This document shows positions 39,101-48,422 of a stretch of 64,000 bases of DNA, piece by piece; positions within the stretch are counted from its first letter, which is position 1, and each line of letters starts with the position of its first letter. This stretch comes from Desulfurococcaceae archaeon. Lineage in GTDB: Archaea; Thermoproteota; Thermoprotei_A; Sulfolobales; Desulfurococcaceae. Below the pieces are notes generated by a model. That model did not search any database, was not told the origin of the DNA, and saw only the letters and a list, made by a program, of their open reading frames with translations. The stretch is taken from the NCBI GenBank assembly GCA_038888155.1, contig JAWAJB010000001.1, forward strand, positions 160,001 through 224,000. The letters run 5' to 3'. The position numbers were made by a program, and so were the translations under genes.

Positions 39101-40200
39101 TCAATGATGTTTCTTATAGCTTCAGGCTTAGAGCCGGCCTCAAATCCCAAAAAGACGCCGAACAGCTTGTGATAAATTCCCCTTGGCCTACCCGTAGCGC
39201 TATTTACTATTAGAGAGACGCTATAGAGGCTTTCCTTGGCTTTTCTGATGCTCTCCTCTAGCTCAGCTAGCCTTCCTTTGAGCTTTTCAGCGTCTTCTCT
39301 AAGTAGAGATCTCATCCTAGCCTTAAGCCTAATTAGTTCTAGGCCCTTATCTATGAGCTCGTCTGTTAAACCAATGAGGTTTAACAGCCTTCTAACAGCT
39401 TTACCGCTCCTAAGCACAGCGTCCACGTCATCCATAACTAAAAGGCTGTACACCCCCTTAGGAAGAGTGTTTCCGTGCTTGTGCAGGAACGCGCTTGTTG
39501 TCATCAATACATCGAAATCCCCGTCCCTCAACTTACTTAAATACATTTCTCTCTGCTTTCTACTGAGCTTGCCGTGGACGCATACAGCCCTTAAACACTT
39601 ATCCCCCCAATTTTGATCAACGCATATATCAACACCAGCGCTTGAGGCAAAAGCGAGCAGTTTTTTCCAAGCCTGTAATAAAAGTGGCGCAGTAGGAAAA
39701 ACTAAGTAGACTTTCCTCCCCTTGGACTTCTCCTCGGCTGCCTTAAATAGAGTTGCCACGAGAGAGAAAACTGTTTTCCCCATACCAGTAGGAGCAATAA
39801 TGCTGAAAGACTCCCCCCTAATAAGCCTCCGAGCCCACGTTCTCTGAGCGCTCCACATCTTGTAGCCTCCACTGGCTTTTTCGAAGAATTCTTCAAAGTG
39901 CTTGAGCGCCAGCTCTTCCTCTAGAAGTTTCCTCAGGCTTCCCTCTCTTGTTGAGGACTCCAAGTACTTTTTGAGTAATTCGAGCTTGTCTCCCTTCCCG
40001 CTTGCGCTTGACAATATTTCCTCGAGCCTGTCTGTTGGCAGACACTTCTCGCAGGGGGCTTTAAGCAAAAGTCTGAGATCGGAAATTGAGCCGCCGCAGT
40101 TCGGACAAGCGTGTCTATAAATAGCGTGGACTCTGTTAACCCTAGAGATTTCGCTGGTTAGTCCCCCTATAGGTATATTAATCACCAATTTCGTTCTCAC
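36133..40200 (-). CDS. rgy: Reverse gyrase
   Basis: N-terminal CPNC..CEKC Zn finger, APTGMGKT, DDVD, YIQASGR, VESPNKA TOPRIM, second Zn finger, SAGRVQTP, ITYHRTDS, GIGRPSTY. Confidence 0.98.
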   Translation of the reverse strand: MRTKLVINIPIGGLTSEISRVNRVHAIYRHACPNCGGSISDLRLLLKAPCEKCLPTDRLEEILSSASGKGDKLELLKKYLESSTREGSLRKLLEEELALKHFEEFFEKASGGYKMWSAQRTWARRLIRGESFSIIAPTGMGKTVFSLVATLFKAAEEKSKGRKVYLVFPTAPLLLQAWKKLLAFASSAGVDICVDQNWGDKCLRAVCVHGKLSRKQREMYLSKLRDGDFDVLMTTSAFLHKHGNTLPKGVYSLLVMDDVDAVLRSGKAVRRLLNLIGLTDELIDKGLELIRLKARMRSLLREDAEKLKGRLAELEESIRKAKESLYSVSLIVNSATGRPRGIYHKLFGVFLGFEAGSKPEAIRNIIDSYIIPRSGNLEDTLSEVVKKLRDGILIFVPVDRGIEHAEHIAETLKKQGLRVEAFHAKKQVDLIEKFARAELDALVGVATYYGIMVRGLDLPEAVKYVVFAGVPRHKFSSRLENVSPLDLLRMLITVRDVLVHEEKNEVDLLIGRISTRLRMMSQGALLAVRERLVEAIGKGSAEGETQLIVDLYRAYKILERALSMRDVIERLRKLDSIAIVEENGELYVLIPDISTYIQASGRCSRLYPGGITKGLSIVIVDDERLLSGLARRLRWIFEGFKFSKLEDLNLEEIIEEIEDQRDAVKKILRGELKLRAQLELIKTALLVVESPNKARTIANFFGKPSVRIIDGLKTYEIAIGNYIISIVASGGHVYELIVDPSKPPEAENSAYLHGILVSGAGDSGEFIPIYTDIKKCPNGHQFTDDGLSKCPKCQSELTSLNRKISAIYALRRLAREVDVVLIGTDPDSEGEKIAWDIRVLIEPYAEKVQRVEFHEVTRRAVLNAILNPRDFYVGLVEAQIVRRIEDRWLGFSLSNVLQKFAWPKYCVDYLYSKGKIDDVRSCCEPNRNLSAGRVQTPVLGYIIDEYNKSKDPGKASYILTVELEDGAKLSVAVDYSVVEKLNATNEKRGKIKEYPKVAITALDQWEEEVQPPPPFTTDSLLEEASRRLGFYATKTMELAQNLFEMGFITYHRTDSLRISDIGVEVAKQYLEEKYGHHRLADFFKSRTWSDRGAHEAIRPTRPIDSDHLAELVKEGALVVSGRLTRDHLKLYDLIFRRFIASQMKPARVRKQKFRLEIIVDNAKHAVEREILCETIERGFLDMYETFQPQIIRLGEVGSIKTGYVVGIKKIKYPLPKIHDVVKWMKEKGIGRPSTYAKVIQTVIDRRYAIVSKRYKALVVLEKGIFVHSFLTRFFGDRLSVETTGKLEELMDQVEQGRRDYQSILRELYSEVTESVINREEEIRKTVEGELRATLSNLGEPSPSLDIAKCIEGLSK

Positions 40201-40253
40201 AGTCTTTTCAGTCTGACTTTTAAGCTTTAGCTATAATTTTGGTTATAGAGCTT

Positions 40254-41690
40254 TTATTTCATAAACCTATCAAGCGCGTACCCAGATATTAGCATGAGGG
40301 ATGATATCCCTAGCACGTAGATTGATATTGGTGCTCCCAATACTGGTTGAGTGAAAGCGCTCCTAGGACCATAAGTGAGCGAGTACAGCACTCCAACAGA
40401 AGCTCCTGCAATAATTGAGAGCGGGCAGGATAGGCGGGTGTACTTTCCTATAAGCTTTTCCCTGTAGATCCCCAAAATGGTTGCAGGGGCCAGCGGCAAC
40501 AGTATAACAGAAGTCAGTACAGATAGCTCGACTATGAATCCTATATTCTGCATCGCTATGATTGAGGCTATCACAACTAACAGAGTGTCCACTAGTCTAG
40601 CAACCATTAATTTCTCCTTTAATAGCACATCCTTGACCACGCTACTAGATACCGCTAACACTATGCTATTGGCTGTCGAGACTCCAGCTGCTATTATTGA
40701 AACAGCAACGATGGAAGCAACCAAGGGATTAAAAAGTGAAAGTAAATATGGCGTTACGTCGTCCCACTTTAAGCCCAAAGGAACTACGCCGCTCAAAGCT
40801 AAGCCGGCCGCGATTAAGCCAACAATTACTGCTATACACGTGTAGATGTAGCCGTAAACAGAGAATAGCACGCCCATCTTCCTGTACGAGCTTTCATCCT
40901 TAGGTAAATATAGCCTTATAACTACCTGTGGGTTTGTCAGCGCAAAGAATACCCAGGGAGTGGTATAAGCTAAAAACACGTGCGGCTTCCAGAACTCCCC
41001 TAAGCCCAAGTACCCATTATCTCCGAGTATTTCAAGCAAAATTCCATAATTAGCCCCAGAAGTAGTGCCTAAGTAGGCTAACACTGAGGTTAAGTACAGG
41101 AAGCCCCCAGCAAGGGATAATATACCTTGGTATAGGTCTGTTAGTGCAACGCTCCACATTCCAGCGACAATGATCCACAAATAAGTGAGGCAGGTAGATA
41201 TGAAAATAGATGAAGCTCTATCTAGCCCACCGTACCTGAAAAGCGCGCTCAATCCCTGTAGCTGTGCCGCTAGATAGGGTATCATGGCAAACAGGTAAAT
41301 TAATGCCACTATTTTGGAAATCGCGCGCGAATTATATAGCTCCCCTATCATCTGAGAGGATGAAATCCACTTTCTCTGCTTGGACATACTCCAGATCTTG
41401 AGGCCTACAGTAGATAGAAAAAATACCGTTGCAACGAGGTACAGAAGCTCAAATCCTAGGGCGCCAACTCCAGTTGCGTAGGACAAACCTACGAGACCAA
41501 CCATCATGAACGTGCTATAAGTTGTAGCGGCGTAAGTACCTGCCGATATTATCCCACCGAGCCTACCGCTTGCAGTGTAGTAGTCTCGGATGTCCTTAGT
41601 GAAGTACCTCCTAGAAGTAAATGCAATTACGGACCCTATGAAAAAATAGACTGCTAAAATCGCGAAGAACTCAACTCTGAGTGAGCTCAT
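40254..41690 (-). CDS. Sodium:solute symporter (SSS) family protein
   Basis: DYYTASGRLG, ATTYS--MMVG, GMWSVALTD, AAGVSTANS; about 13 TM. Confidence 0.92.
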   Translation of the reverse strand: MSSLRVEFFAILAVYFFIGSVIAFTSRRYFTKDIRDYYTASGRLGGIISAGTYAATTYSTFMMVGLVGLSYATGVGALGFELLYLVATVFFLSTVGLKIWSMSKQRKWISSSQMIGELYNSRAISKIVALIYLFAMIPYLAAQLQGLSALFRYGGLDRASSIFISTCLTYLWIIVAGMWSVALTDLYQGILSLAGGFLYLTSVLAYLGTTSGANYGILLEILGDNGYLGLGEFWKPHVFLAYTTPWVFFALTNPQVVIRLYLPKDESSYRKMGVLFSVYGYIYTCIAVIVGLIAAGLALSGVVPLGLKWDDVTPYLLSLFNPLVASIVAVSIIAAGVSTANSIVLAVSSSVVKDVLLKEKLMVARLVDTLLVVIASIIAMQNIGFIVELSVLTSVILLPLAPATILGIYREKLIGKYTRLSCPLSIIAGASVGVLYSLTYGPRSAFTQPVLGAPISIYVLGISSLMLISGYALDRFMK

Positions 41691-41871
41691 TGGACACGCT
41701 ACCTCTATAGAGCTTCAAAATAGACAGGACAATCGAAACAATTGAGGATATACCCCAAAACATGGCCAAGGATATATCCCGTGCTTTAGCCAACATAGCA
41801 TATGGGACTACATAGCAAGCAGTTATGATAGCTAGTTGCGCAAAAAGGTGTAGTTTGACCATAGAGATCAC
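41671..41871 (-). CDS. Small two-TM accessory protein upstream of SSS transporter
   Basis: Two hydrophobic helices overlapping the SSS start, a common arrangement. Confidence 0.65.
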   Translation of the reverse strand: MISMVKLHLFAQLAIITACYVVPYAMLAKARDISLAMFWGISSIVSIVLSILKLYRGSVSNELTQS

Positions 41872-41895
41872 AAAACTGCCCGGGTCTCAATTCTT

Positions 41896-41906
41896 TTTGT
41901 TACAAA
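41896..41906. promoter_or_regulatory. Palindromic putative operator TTTGTTACAAA
   Basis: 11-bp palindrome around a central base, between a minus-strand TATA-like element (about 41909-41916) and the SSS operon start; core TTGTTACAA also at 19503-19511 and 2763-2771. Confidence 0.4.
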
Positions 41907-42092
41907 GGATATATTTTCCAGGGGTTAAAAAGATTGCCGACATTATTGCCTTGAACAAAGGGGTATCCTTTTTCTAGGTAGCTGAGCTGCTGGAAGATCA
42001 ATTGGGAGGGTAAGTATTAAATCGGGGACCGGGGTGTGGGCTACCGCTTTGCAGTTTAAAGTCTTATACGACTTAATTGTTTATAGGGCTTA

Positions 42093-42758
42093 GTGTTCAA
42101 GCTCCAATTAATAAACAGAAAATATGCGCAGAGCGTATTGACAGCTATTAGAGACAAAAACACAAGCCAAATAGACTTTAGAAAAGGGCTCGTAAGACTC
42201 GGTAGGATTCTCGGACTTGAAATTGTTGAGGACTATGAAGTGGAAGAGTACGCTGTTGAATCGCCGCTTAATGTAACTATAAAGGGCACTAGAATAAAGG
42301 ATCTCGAGAACACTGTAATTGTCACAGTTTTGAGGGCAGCCTGGCCACTTACTGAAGGGCTCATAAAGATCTTTCATAACGCTAAGCAGGGTGTAGTAGC
42401 TGCCCGAAGAGTTGAGGAGAAGGGGATGCGCAACTCAGAGTTCGACGTTGAAATATCCTATGTAAAAATACCCAAGATAAGTAAAGAGAACGTCATAATA
42501 ATAAGCGACGTAATGGTCGCGACGGGCTCTACATTAATGCACGTAATAAGGAACCTACTTAAGTACGAGAGGGCGAAAAGGTATTACATAGCCTCGGTTA
42601 TAACAACGCCCCTAGCTGTTGAGAAATTGAAGAGGTGCTCTGATGAGTTAGGCGTGGACTTAGCTATGTTCGCTGTCTCTATTGACCCAGAGGTTAATGA
42701 TAAAGGGTACATAGTGCCGGGGCTTGGCGACGCTGGAGATAGAGCTTTTGGTTCATAG
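42093..42758 (+). CDS. upp: Uracil phosphoribosyltransferase
   Basis: IRDK, VLRAA, D-MVATGST, YIVPGLGDAGDRAFG. Confidence 0.96.
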   Translation: MFKLQLINRKYAQSVLTAIRDKNTSQIDFRKGLVRLGRILGLEIVEDYEVEEYAVESPLNVTIKGTRIKDLENTVIVTVLRAAWPLTEGLIKIFHNAKQGVVAARRVEEKGMRNSEFDVEISYVKIPKISKENVIIISDVMVATGSTLMHVIRNLLKYERAKRYYIASVITTPLAVEKLKRCSDELGVDLAMFAVSIDPEVNDKGYIVPGLGDAGDRAFGS

Positions 42759-42772
42759 GGCGGTTAAATCCG

Positions 42773-43513
42773 TTAAGGTTCTTCAAAATTAGTGATGCTG
42801 TTAATGTCTAACTTTTTGTACCTCTCTAAGCTACCTACATCAAACCACTCCCCTGTGTATATGTATGCGTATACGCGGTAATTCCTGTGCACCAGCCAGG
42901 GCACTAGATCGCCCATAAAGTCAAAAGACCTGCCGAGTTCCCTTTCTATATCCTGCTTAAAAACGTGGTGCTCCACTAAGCAAATCCCAACAGTTGCAGA
43001 GATCTCTAGGTCTGGCTTTTCAACCATCCTAGTAACTCTATTCTCATCGTTAAAGTCTACAATACCTACTGGAACTTTATATCTTCTGGTAACTACAAGG
43101 GTTAAGTCTGCGGCTTTGTCCTCGTGGTAATCGAGCAGATCCCTTATATTTATTGGCGCTAGAATGTCGCCGTACCACACGAGTCCAGTGCTGTCTATAA
43201 GTTTGTTCCTGTACGCCTTTAGGATGGCCCCACCAGTGTTCCTATAGCCCTCCCTCTCATCTATTGAATACGATATTCTAACGCCAATTCTCGCGCCATC
43301 CTCGAAGTAGTTGTATATGTACTTCCACTTGTAGTCGACTAAGAACACGTAGTCTTCTATACCGTACCTTTTTAGCCACCTCACGATGAGCTCTAAAAGG
43401 GGCCTCTCTGTTTTGCCTATCGGTATCATTGGCTTGGGTATGATTTCCGTATAGGGATGGAACCTCGAACCCATGCCTCCAGCTAAAACGAGGGCTTTAA
43501 CGGCCTTATCCAA
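42773..43513 (-). CDS. Sugar-phosphate nucleotidyltransferase
   Basis: LAGGMGSRF-PYT---PKPM, YGD, EKP, WFDVG; TTG start at 43513 after GGGTGG preferred over 43600. Confidence 0.9.
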   Translation of the reverse strand: MDKAVKALVLAGGMGSRFHPYTEIIPKPMIPIGKTERPLLELIVRWLKRYGIEDYVFLVDYKWKYIYNYFEDGARIGVRISYSIDEREGYRNTGGAILKAYRNKLIDSTGLVWYGDILAPINIRDLLDYHEDKAADLTLVVTRRYKVPVGIVDFNDENRVTRMVEKPDLEISATVGICLVEHHVFKQDIERELGRSFDFMGDLVPWLVHRNYRVYAYIYTGEWFDVGSLERYKKLDINSITNFEEP

Positions 43514-43583
43514 GTCGAATAGCCACCCTTTACATAATAATAAAGAGTCGAGAGATTTTTTAAAAATAACAGCAGGTGTAGGC

Positions 43584-44555
43584 TTAAAGCTGTAGATCAA
43601 ATTTGAGCTCGTTTAGCAAAGAGACAACAGTTGCTCGCACCGCATCTCTAGATCCCATTGATGGTCTCCAGCCCATGTTTAGCATTTTCGATATATCCAT
43701 TACTATGCGCTTTACATCTCCCGGCCAGCCAACTCCGTGCAGTACGGGCTTGTAAATGAGCTTCACGTCCCCAATGCCCATGGTTTTTATTACAGTGTCA
43801 ACTACTTCGTTGACTGTAATGTAATCTAAGTTCCCAACGTTGTACAACTCAAAGCCTCTACGTGATTTAAGCCAGGCTACTACAGTAGCATCTACAGCGT
43901 CGTTAACGTAAAGGTAGCTCCTAATTTGCGTTCCATCCCCTAAAACCTCGAGCTTGTCCTTAACTTTAGATAGCTTAACTAGCAAATCGTAAATTACTCC
44001 ATGCCTAAGCCTAGGTCCCACTATATTTGCGTACCTAAACAGCAGAGCGTTAAATCCGTAGAGTTTGCTATAGGCGTGTATCAAGTTTTCACATGCTGCT
44101 TTACTGGCTGCGTACACAGAAACAGGCCTGCTTGCTACGTCTTCTTTGACAGGCTCTCCCCCCGTCTCGCCGTAGACACTACTAGATGATGCGAAAACTA
44201 AGTTTGTTATGTCTTTTTGCCTCATAACCTCAAGTAAGTTAAAGGATGCTACAACGTTCTCGCTAAAGTGTATTTCGGGGCTGAGGGTGCTGACTCTTAC
44301 TTCAGGATTAGCGGCGAAGTGAAATACTGCATCAACTCCCTCTAAGGCTTCCTTTAGAGTGCTTACATTTTTTAAGTCTGCATCGATGAACTCAATGCGC
44401 TTGTTCTCGAGGTGTTGCTTTATGTTCTCGAGACTGCCTGAACTTAAATTGTCCACTACTCTGACTTGAAGCCCCAACGCAACTAATTTGTCCACTAAGT
44501 GGCTTCCAATGAAGCCGGCTCCACCTGTTACTAGCACGCGGGTAGCGCCAATCAT
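43584..44555 (-). CDS. galE: NAD-dependent epimerase/dehydratase (UDP-glucose 4-epimerase-like)
   Basis: TGGAGFIG, HFAANP, SSSSVYG, YAASK, RYANIVG. Confidence 0.88.
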   Translation of the reverse strand: MIGATRVLVTGGAGFIGSHLVDKLVALGLQVRVVDNLSSGSLENIKQHLENKRIEFIDADLKNVSTLKEALEGVDAVFHFAANPEVRVSTLSPEIHFSENVVASFNLLEVMRQKDITNLVFASSSSVYGETGGEPVKEDVASRPVSVYAASKAACENLIHAYSKLYGFNALLFRYANIVGPRLRHGVIYDLLVKLSKVKDKLEVLGDGTQIRSYLYVNDAVDATVVAWLKSRRGFELYNVGNLDYITVNEVVDTVIKTMGIGDVKLIYKPVLHGVGWPGDVKRIVMDISKMLNMGWRPSMGSRDAVRATVVSLLNELKFDLQL

Positions 44556-44642
44556 GAGAGAGCACCGCGTTAAACCCTAAAGGCATTTCTGGCTCTTATT
44601 CTTAATTTTTACGTCGTTTGACCTTCGGGGAGTGTGAGCTCA

Positions 44643-46931
44643 TCAAGCTATAGGCTTTCCATATCTATTTTCTAGTGGGTAGAGCTCAATTGGTTGTCTC
44701 CTCGAGATCAGCCTGTCCAAGACTTGCGTAGCCTTTTTCTTAGACAGCACCTTGTTGTTATTTCCGCAGTAGGGACTGTATATGCAATGGGGGCAACCAT
44801 TGCTGCATTTACACCTGCGCATGATCTCTCGCGCAGTAATTACGGCGCTATCTAGCTTATCGTAAAGCAGCTTGGAGACGCCCGAGCCCCCAATAAGCGA
44901 ATCATATATAACCATATCGCCGCTCGGGTAGCTTATGCCTCCTAAATCAGTTAAACTAGCTCCGCACAATATTCTAGCAGCTGATATCAACGAGTGCTCA
45001 ACTGCGTGAAAGGCTTCTGCCGAGTCCCTGTACGTAAAAGTCAGGGGAGAGGGGAACTTAATTAGAGTTGCCCGCGTTGTGTACCTGTACTTAATAGGTT
45101 TCTCTAAGGCTACTGTGGAGACTACCTCGCCGCTGTAAGTACTCTTAACGATGTATCCGTCTACTAGCAACTCGAGGAGCACTTTTGCGTATCGTGCTCT
45201 TAGACCAATATCGGTAGTTCTTTCGCTGTGGACAGCGCAGCCCACTACATTTACAGTGTACAGGGGCCTTGTGTAAAGCCCTTGATCTTTCTCTAGTCTC
45301 TTCACGACAGCTTTCTTGTTGACTGCATCGAATTGAATAACCCTAAATGGGGTCTTTGAACAAATATATATTGAGCCGGGGTACAGCTCAAGTAACGCTA
45401 AGGGTAATTCTCGCGTTGCAATAACATCTCCTCTCTCTGAGTCAACGACCTCAACTACTTCGCCTAGAGATCTAATGCTCCCCCTCTCAGCGAGGTACTT
45501 GTGCCCTATCCTGTATACAACTGCTACGTACTGGTCAATCTTTTTTATTACATTCTCGGCAAGAAGGTCATTAACAACGGCCCTCCAATGGTGCGGTAAA
45601 TTTGATATATTTTCTTTGCCCACTTGGAGGAGCATTGCAACGAGGTGCGCCTTTATTACTTCTTCATTAAAAGGCTCAATTGCGCTGGGCGTGAGCTCCT
45701 GATCGAAGAACTTTGCTGGCTGCCTTAAAAAGTAAGAGTCTATAGGGTCGTCTCCAAGTACTGTAATTATATACCCCTTTCTCCTCCTTCCTGCTCTGCC
45801 AGCCCTCTGAAGGTACTTAGCAAAAGATGGAGGTAAGGTTGCAAGCAGAACTACGTCAAGGGAGCCTATGTCTACTCCTAATTCCAAAGTGGGCGTCGCA
45901 ACCACGCCTTGAAGGGCTCCTGATCTGAGCTTGTGCTCGACATCTCTTCTAACCTCAGCGGGCAGTCCAGCTCTGTGAACTGCCGTTCTTACATTGAACT
46001 TTGTTTCAATAACACTTGCTAACAACTCCGCTAGTTGCTGGCTATCTGCGAATATGATGAACTTCAAACCTCTCTCTGCAAGAAATCGCGATATAGCTGA
46101 TACAATAACCCACCTACTCGTAAGACCCGACGATACAAACGCGTGTACGGCTACGCCCTTTCTCTTGATCTCCCCTCGAATTTCCACGAAATCTTCGTCA
46201 AAAATACTCCCGGCAAATTCTTTGGGATTGCCTATTGTGGCAGAGGAAACTATAAACTGCGTCTCCTTGCTCCGCGTGAGCTTGATTCTGCGAACTAAGT
46301 GATGTAGGTGAGATCCTAAGACCCCTTCGTAATTATGAAGCTCGTCGAACACTAGAACGTCAGAGCTGTCTATGAACCTCCTTATATGCTGGCTGTAAAT
46401 TAAGCCAAGGTGAATCATATCGGGGTTTGACACTAAAATTGGCGGCGGGCTACTCGCTGTCCTACTCCTTAAGCGCTTAGGAGTATCGCCGTCGTATATA
46501 CCAATGCCAAGCTTGCCGTACACATTGTACTCTCTAAATCTATTCACTTGATCTCTTGCGAGGGCTTTAGTTGGGTAAAGGAGCATTGCCCTTGGGTTTG
46601 GCTTCTCCTCCTCAATCACTCTCTTGGCCAAAGGTATGTAGAACGCCTCAGTTTTGCCTGTGCCAGTTCCTGAGACAATAACGACGTTTCTCCCGCTAAT
46701 TATGTTTCTATAGGCTTCGTATTGAAACTTATAAAGCCTCCTAATTCCTCTCTTCTCGAGTGCCTCCAAGAGAGTGTTCGGGAGATCTAAATCCCCCACG
46801 TATGGACCTAGCTCGGGTTCGCTGTACTCGTCTATTCTTTCGTAAACTACTCTAGTGTCGTGAGCGGAATACGTCCTTAAGAGGTACTCGTTCAGCTCAA
46901 CTGTTAGCGGGTCTGCATATGCGTTTGCCAA
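44643..46931 (-). CDS. DEAH-box helicase with C-terminal DUF1998 Zn-binding domain (Hrq1/MrfA/SftH-like)
   Basis: GTGTGKT, YPTKALARDQ, DELH, SAT, QRAGRAGRR, CKCSNGCPHC...CGNNN. Confidence 0.92.
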   Translation of the reverse strand: MANAYADPLTVELNEYLLRTYSAHDTRVVYERIDEYSEPELGPYVGDLDLPNTLLEALEKRGIRRLYKFQYEAYRNIISGRNVVIVSGTGTGKTEAFYIPLAKRVIEEEKPNPRAMLLYPTKALARDQVNRFREYNVYGKLGIGIYDGDTPKRLRSRTASSPPPILVSNPDMIHLGLIYSQHIRRFIDSSDVLVFDELHNYEGVLGSHLHHLVRRIKLTRSKETQFIVSSATIGNPKEFAGSIFDEDFVEIRGEIKRKGVAVHAFVSSGLTSRWVIVSAISRFLAERGLKFIIFADSQQLAELLASVIETKFNVRTAVHRAGLPAEVRRDVEHKLRSGALQGVVATPTLELGVDIGSLDVVLLATLPPSFAKYLQRAGRAGRRRKGYIITVLGDDPIDSYFLRQPAKFFDQELTPSAIEPFNEEVIKAHLVAMLLQVGKENISNLPHHWRAVVNDLLAENVIKKIDQYVAVVYRIGHKYLAERGSIRSLGEVVEVVDSERGDVIATRELPLALLELYPGSIYICSKTPFRVIQFDAVNKKAVVKRLEKDQGLYTRPLYTVNVVGCAVHSERTTDIGLRARYAKVLLELLVDGYIVKSTYSGEVVSTVALEKPIKYRYTTRATLIKFPSPLTFTYRDSAEAFHAVEHSLISAARILCGASLTDLGGISYPSGDMVIYDSLIGGSGVSKLLYDKLDSAVITAREIMRRCKCSNGCPHCIYSPYCGNNNKVLSKKKATQVLDRLISRRQPIELYPLENRYGKPIA

Positions 46932-47019
46932 TACAGCTCACTCAAAAGCGCGCTCGCATACTAGTAATTCTTATTTACCTAAGGTCTCTTTTTAACAAAA
47001 TAAGCGCGGTGATTACAAG

Positions 47020-48420
47020 TTGCCGAGTTGTTATGATGTTGACATAGAACAGCTGACAAAAAGGGGAGTGGAGCTGGGGGCAGATTTCGTAGATGTAAGA
47101 TGCCAAGAGCACTTCTACGAATTAATTGAATACGACAACGGAATAGTGAGGAACATTGGATCAACCGCTAGCACTGGCCTAAACTTACGCGTGCTAGTTA
47201 AAGGAAGCGCTGCATACCTGGCCACTGAAGAGCTGTCCAACGACAAAATAAAGAGCGCTATAGAGAAAGCTATTAAGCTCGCTAGATCTTCAGCTAATTA
47301 TTCCATTAAGTGGGATTTAGCGGAGAGGCCTGTTACTGTGGGACTTGCTGAGAGCAAGTACACGATTAAGCCTGAAGATATTGACCTAGAATCAAAGGTA
47401 GATCTGCTGCGATATCTCAACGGCATTTTAAGGAGTGATCAACTGACAAGTATAGCGCTTCGATACGGCTACGAAAGAGATCGCAGGTTTTATGCATCCA
47501 GTAGAGGAGATCGCGTGGAGTGCTCAACGAGGATGGTGGGCGTAGGAATGCACCTAGTTGCCCATGTAGAGGGAGAGTACGAATCTTTATCTGACAGCGC
47601 TTCTTCTACAGCGGGGTGGGAGTTCGTTAAGCAGGTCGACTGGGAAAACTACGCCCTTGAAAGAAGGAAGATTGTTTTAGAGTCAACAACCGCTGGGCGC
47701 GCTAAACCGGGTAAGTACGACGTTATACTGGACAACGAAATGGTTGGCGTGCTTCTGCACGAGGCTTTTGGGCACGCATCCGAAGGAGATTCCATTATAT
47801 CACATGAAAGTATCCTAGAAGGTAGAATGGGGGAAGTCGTTGCAAGCGATTTAGTAACAATAGTTGATGAGGGGGTTGTCGATGGAGGGGCTTTCGTACC
47901 GTATGACGATGAGGGAACTCCGAAGAAAAAAACAACTATTGTTAAGAGCGGGGTCTTAACTTCATTTCTTCATAGCCTAGATACGGCTGGGAAGCTCGAG
48001 GCCGAACCAACGGGGAACGCTAGGGCAATGTCGCATAGAGACCCTATCCTTGTGAGGCAGACGAACATTTACATGGAGCCAAGGGATTGGGAGCTAAACG
48101 AGCTCATTAGGGATACTAAAAGAGGAATTTACATTAGAGCTATAGGTGGAGGGGGCGGCGAAGTTCAGCCGATCTCCGGCGCGTTTACATTTGTAAGCGG
48201 GCCGGGGTACTTCATTGAGAACGGAGAGCTTTCAAGGCCAATCAAGAGCGCAATACTTAGCGGGCTGATATTAGAGACCCTTAGAAATATTGACGCTGTT
48301 ACGCGAGACTTTAGCATTAAAACTAGCGTCTTTGGGGGGTGCGGGAAATTTGGGCAAGTTGTTAGGACGGGAGTTGGAGGATCTCACGTTAGAGTTAGAA
48401 ACATGACTCTGGGGGGTTAA
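47020..48420 (+). CDS. tldD: TldD metalloprotease subunit
   Basis: HEAFGH, YDDEG, TGNAR, RQTN, GCGK-GQ. Confidence 0.93.
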   Translation: MPSCYDVDIEQLTKRGVELGADFVDVRCQEHFYELIEYDNGIVRNIGSTASTGLNLRVLVKGSAAYLATEELSNDKIKSAIEKAIKLARSSANYSIKWDLAERPVTVGLAESKYTIKPEDIDLESKVDLLRYLNGILRSDQLTSIALRYGYERDRRFYASSRGDRVECSTRMVGVGMHLVAHVEGEYESLSDSASSTAGWEFVKQVDWENYALERRKIVLESTTAGRAKPGKYDVILDNEMVGVLLHEAFGHASEGDSIISHESILEGRMGEVVASDLVTIVDEGVVDGGAFVPYDDEGTPKKKTTIVKSGVLTSFLHSLDTAGKLEAEPTGNARAMSHRDPILVRQTNIYMEPRDWELNELIRDTKRGIYIRAIGGGGGEVQPISGAFTFVSGPGYFIENGELSRPIKSAILSGLILETLRNIDAVTRDFSIKTSVFGGCGKFGQVVRTGVGGSHVRVRNMTLGG

Positions 48421-48422
48421 TT

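Noticed and set aside
36133-40200. Intein in the long reverse gyrase
   Set aside because: No C...HN-C/S/T splice junctions or LAGLIDADG motifs seen; the extra length is explained by dispersed insertions.
41914-41996. ORB-like fragments (TTCCAG, AACAAAGGGG)
   Set aside because: The fragments do not form a contiguous ORB; no cdc6/whiP gene or AT-rich unwinding element is adjacent.
41955-42010. GGGGTATCC...GCTGAG resembling the start of a TPP riboswitch near the SSS transporter
   Set aside because: It lacks the downstream ACCC/ACCTGA and final stem elements, and lies on the strand opposite the transporter.
43514-43600. N-terminal extension of the nucleotidyltransferase ORF
   Set aside because: The family starts just before LAGG, and a TTG with SD exists at 43513.
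5050-46931. Lhr and DUF1998 helicases as anti-phage defence (DISARM/Druantia-like)
   Set aside because: Both are stand-alone among housekeeping genes, without methylase, nuclease or other defence partners; they fit known archaeal repair helicases.
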